A stretch of 19,646 bases of DNA. It comes from a virus (Duplodnaviria > Heunggongvirae > Uroviricota > Caudoviricetes). The stretch lies in IMG/VR virus record IMGVR_UViG_3300030444_000128. The stretch is one strand, 5' to 3'. A program made the translations under genes and the position numbers. Positions 18,049 to 19,646 of the stretch are shown here, in pieces; the stretch's first letter is position 1; the number at the start of each line of letters is the position of its first letter. The notes beneath the pieces were generated by a model. It was not told where the DNA came from. It searched no databases and saw only the letters and a program-made list of their open reading frames with translations.

Positions 18049-18900
18049 TTATTGCGCGCTTTCGGGGTTGTCGTTTACTGGCTGCCCCTTCTTGGTTTTA
18101 CGACTGCGCGTAACTGATGCGGCTGACTTAACCTTTTTCTCTTCGCGAGTGATGGCAATTTGTTTTTTTACATTTTCAATATCTGCCAGGCGATATATTT
18201 TTGCTTGCGGCCAGCGGTCGCAGATGATCGGTTCTATGGAGTCATAAAGGCTAAATTTTGCTTTTTCGAATTCACCGTTGATGATAATTCCATCACGGAG
18301 AGTTTCATCGCAGATAAACACGCCACACAGTGGCACATGGTAACTAACTGATTTACCATCATTGTAGTTAGGGCTACTGGAAATGTAGTGGACGCGCAGC
18401 ATTGTTTCGCTAAAGCCGTGTACGCGCATACGGAATTTTTCATCCTCCGGGTACTGCCTCATTAGCTCTTTTGTTGCTTCCAGGTTCTCTATGTATTTCG
18501 CACTGTGCTCATTGATCCCCGCGCTTTTTTGGATGCGAATGTCCTTATCAATCAGATGAATAATGCGGCCAGCGGTCATGTTGACGCTGTTCACAGCTTC
18601 TGTCTGATAAGTTGTAACCTTGCGCACACCGCGAAGGATGTTAGGCACTGGATATAAAATAGTCTTTGGGATATTGAGGTCTGGGTACTGTTCCAGTTCC
18701 CGCGCCATTAAAGTCCATTTATCAATTTCAGCCTGAATGCTGTCAGTTTCTTTGAACGGTAGAACGACAACCGGGCGTACAGGACGACCGTCGCTGGCTG
18801 TATCAACGTGTTGGGCGCGTGCAACAGCTTTTTTTAGAAAGAGATCCCTGAAGCTGACGAACTCCTGGTACAGTTGTTCGCCGTAGACATAATTTATCAT
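18049..18900 (-). CDS. c1: P1 C1 repressor
   Basis: 283-aa minus-strand ORF with GGAGGAGG SD. Size, position downstream of coi and adjacent operator-like sites match P1 c1. Sequence recognised from memory, not aligned. Confidence 0.9.
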   Translation of the reverse strand: MINYVYGEQLYQEFVSFRDLFLKKAVARAQHVDTASDGRPVRPVVVLPFKETDSIQAEIDKWTLMARELEQYPDLNIPKTILYPVPNILRGVRKVTTYQTEAVNSVNMTAGRIIHLIDKDIRIQKSAGINEHSAKYIENLEATKELMRQYPEDEKFRMRVHGFSETMLRVHYISSSPNYNDGKSVSYHVPLCGVFICDETLRDGIIINGEFEKAKFSLYDSIEPIICDRWPQAKIYRLADIENVKKQIAITREEKKVKSAASVTRSRKTKKGQPVNDNPESAQ

Positions 18901-18993
18901 TGATCCTCCTCCAGAATTGACATGGTCAATAACGCCCGGCTGAGAAAACCGGTCATTACTGACCTATATTATAGAGGGATCAAACAAAAATAA

Positions 18994-19010
18994 TAGATTT
19001 ATTAGTGCAT
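18994..19010 (-). promoter_or_regulatory. C1 operator-like site between coi and c1
   Basis: Minus strand ATGCACTAATAAATCTA, an operator-like variant with the CTAATAAAT core, directly after the coi stop and about 95 bp upstream of the c1 start. Confidence 0.5.
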
Positions 19011-19220
19011 TTATTGTGAGTCTAACTGGTTAGTTGCCATGAGATATTCGATTGTGTCAGTGAGGTCATCCAGGTCGTCTTGGGTGATGCGGTACTCCTG
19101 ATTGGATATCTTTGAGTAGTGTTCAGCAATGGCGCGGGCTGCGTCGGTTTCGGCAGGGTCTACAGATAAAGCGTTAGAGCAATGTCTAACGTCGTCGATG
19201 GTTGGTTGAATGAAAGCCAT
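19011..19220 (-). CDS. coi: Coi (C1 inactivator)
   Basis: 69-aa acidic protein immediately upstream of c1 on the same strand, with GAGG SD. Matches the P1 coi-c1 arrangement. Confidence 0.85.
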   Translation of the reverse strand: MAFIQPTIDDVRHCSNALSVDPAETDAARAIAEHYSKISNQEYRITQDDLDDLTDTIEYLMATNQLDSQ

Positions 19221-19339
19221 AATTATGCCTCACTGTATTGACAACACAGAGCCTGAAGCTCTGACCTACTGTTTCACCCATGATCCATGCTGGGGTAATC
19301 TAACAACATTGCGCTGTGTGTAAGATGAGCAATGCATAG

Positions 19340-19646
<307 letters not shown>

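Noticed and set aside
19318-19334. Minus-strand CATTGCTCATCTTACAC next to the IS5 end as a C1 operator
   Set aside because: Only the ATTGCTC half matches (about 9/17). Cannot be supported as an operator without binding data.

Overview
This window reads as a mosaic segment of a P1-family phage-plasmid, bracketed by two insertion sequences: the reversed left end of IS1 (1-144) and the left end of IS5 with the start of its transposase (19340 to window end). I found no clearly new system; the best candidates for unexplored biology are a glycosyltransferase/phosphatase operon and a C1-controlled coiled-coil/HAD unit. Left to right the window holds: an IS1-disrupted VRR-NUC remnant; a tightly packed plus-strand operon (two paralogous GT42/DUF115-like proteins, a lambda-PPase-like Ser/Thr phosphatase, a DXD glycosyltransferase-like protein); a second plus-strand unit (small membrane protein, 420-aa coiled-coil protein, HAD-like hydrolase); a complete minus-strand type I restriction-modification operon hsdM-hsdS-hsdR of the EcoR124-like (type IC) kind; then the P1 right-end block phd-doc, pdcA, pdcB, lpa, pacA with its hexanucleotide pac site, pacB, c1 and coi. 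pacB looks internally deleted and frameshifted, and an antirepressor-like gene sits between pacB and c1. Several 17-bp C1-operator-like sites sit directly after operon stop codons. No tRNA, rRNA or CRISPR array is visible. All family assignments come from reading motifs by eye and from memory of P1, IS1 and IS5; no search was run.
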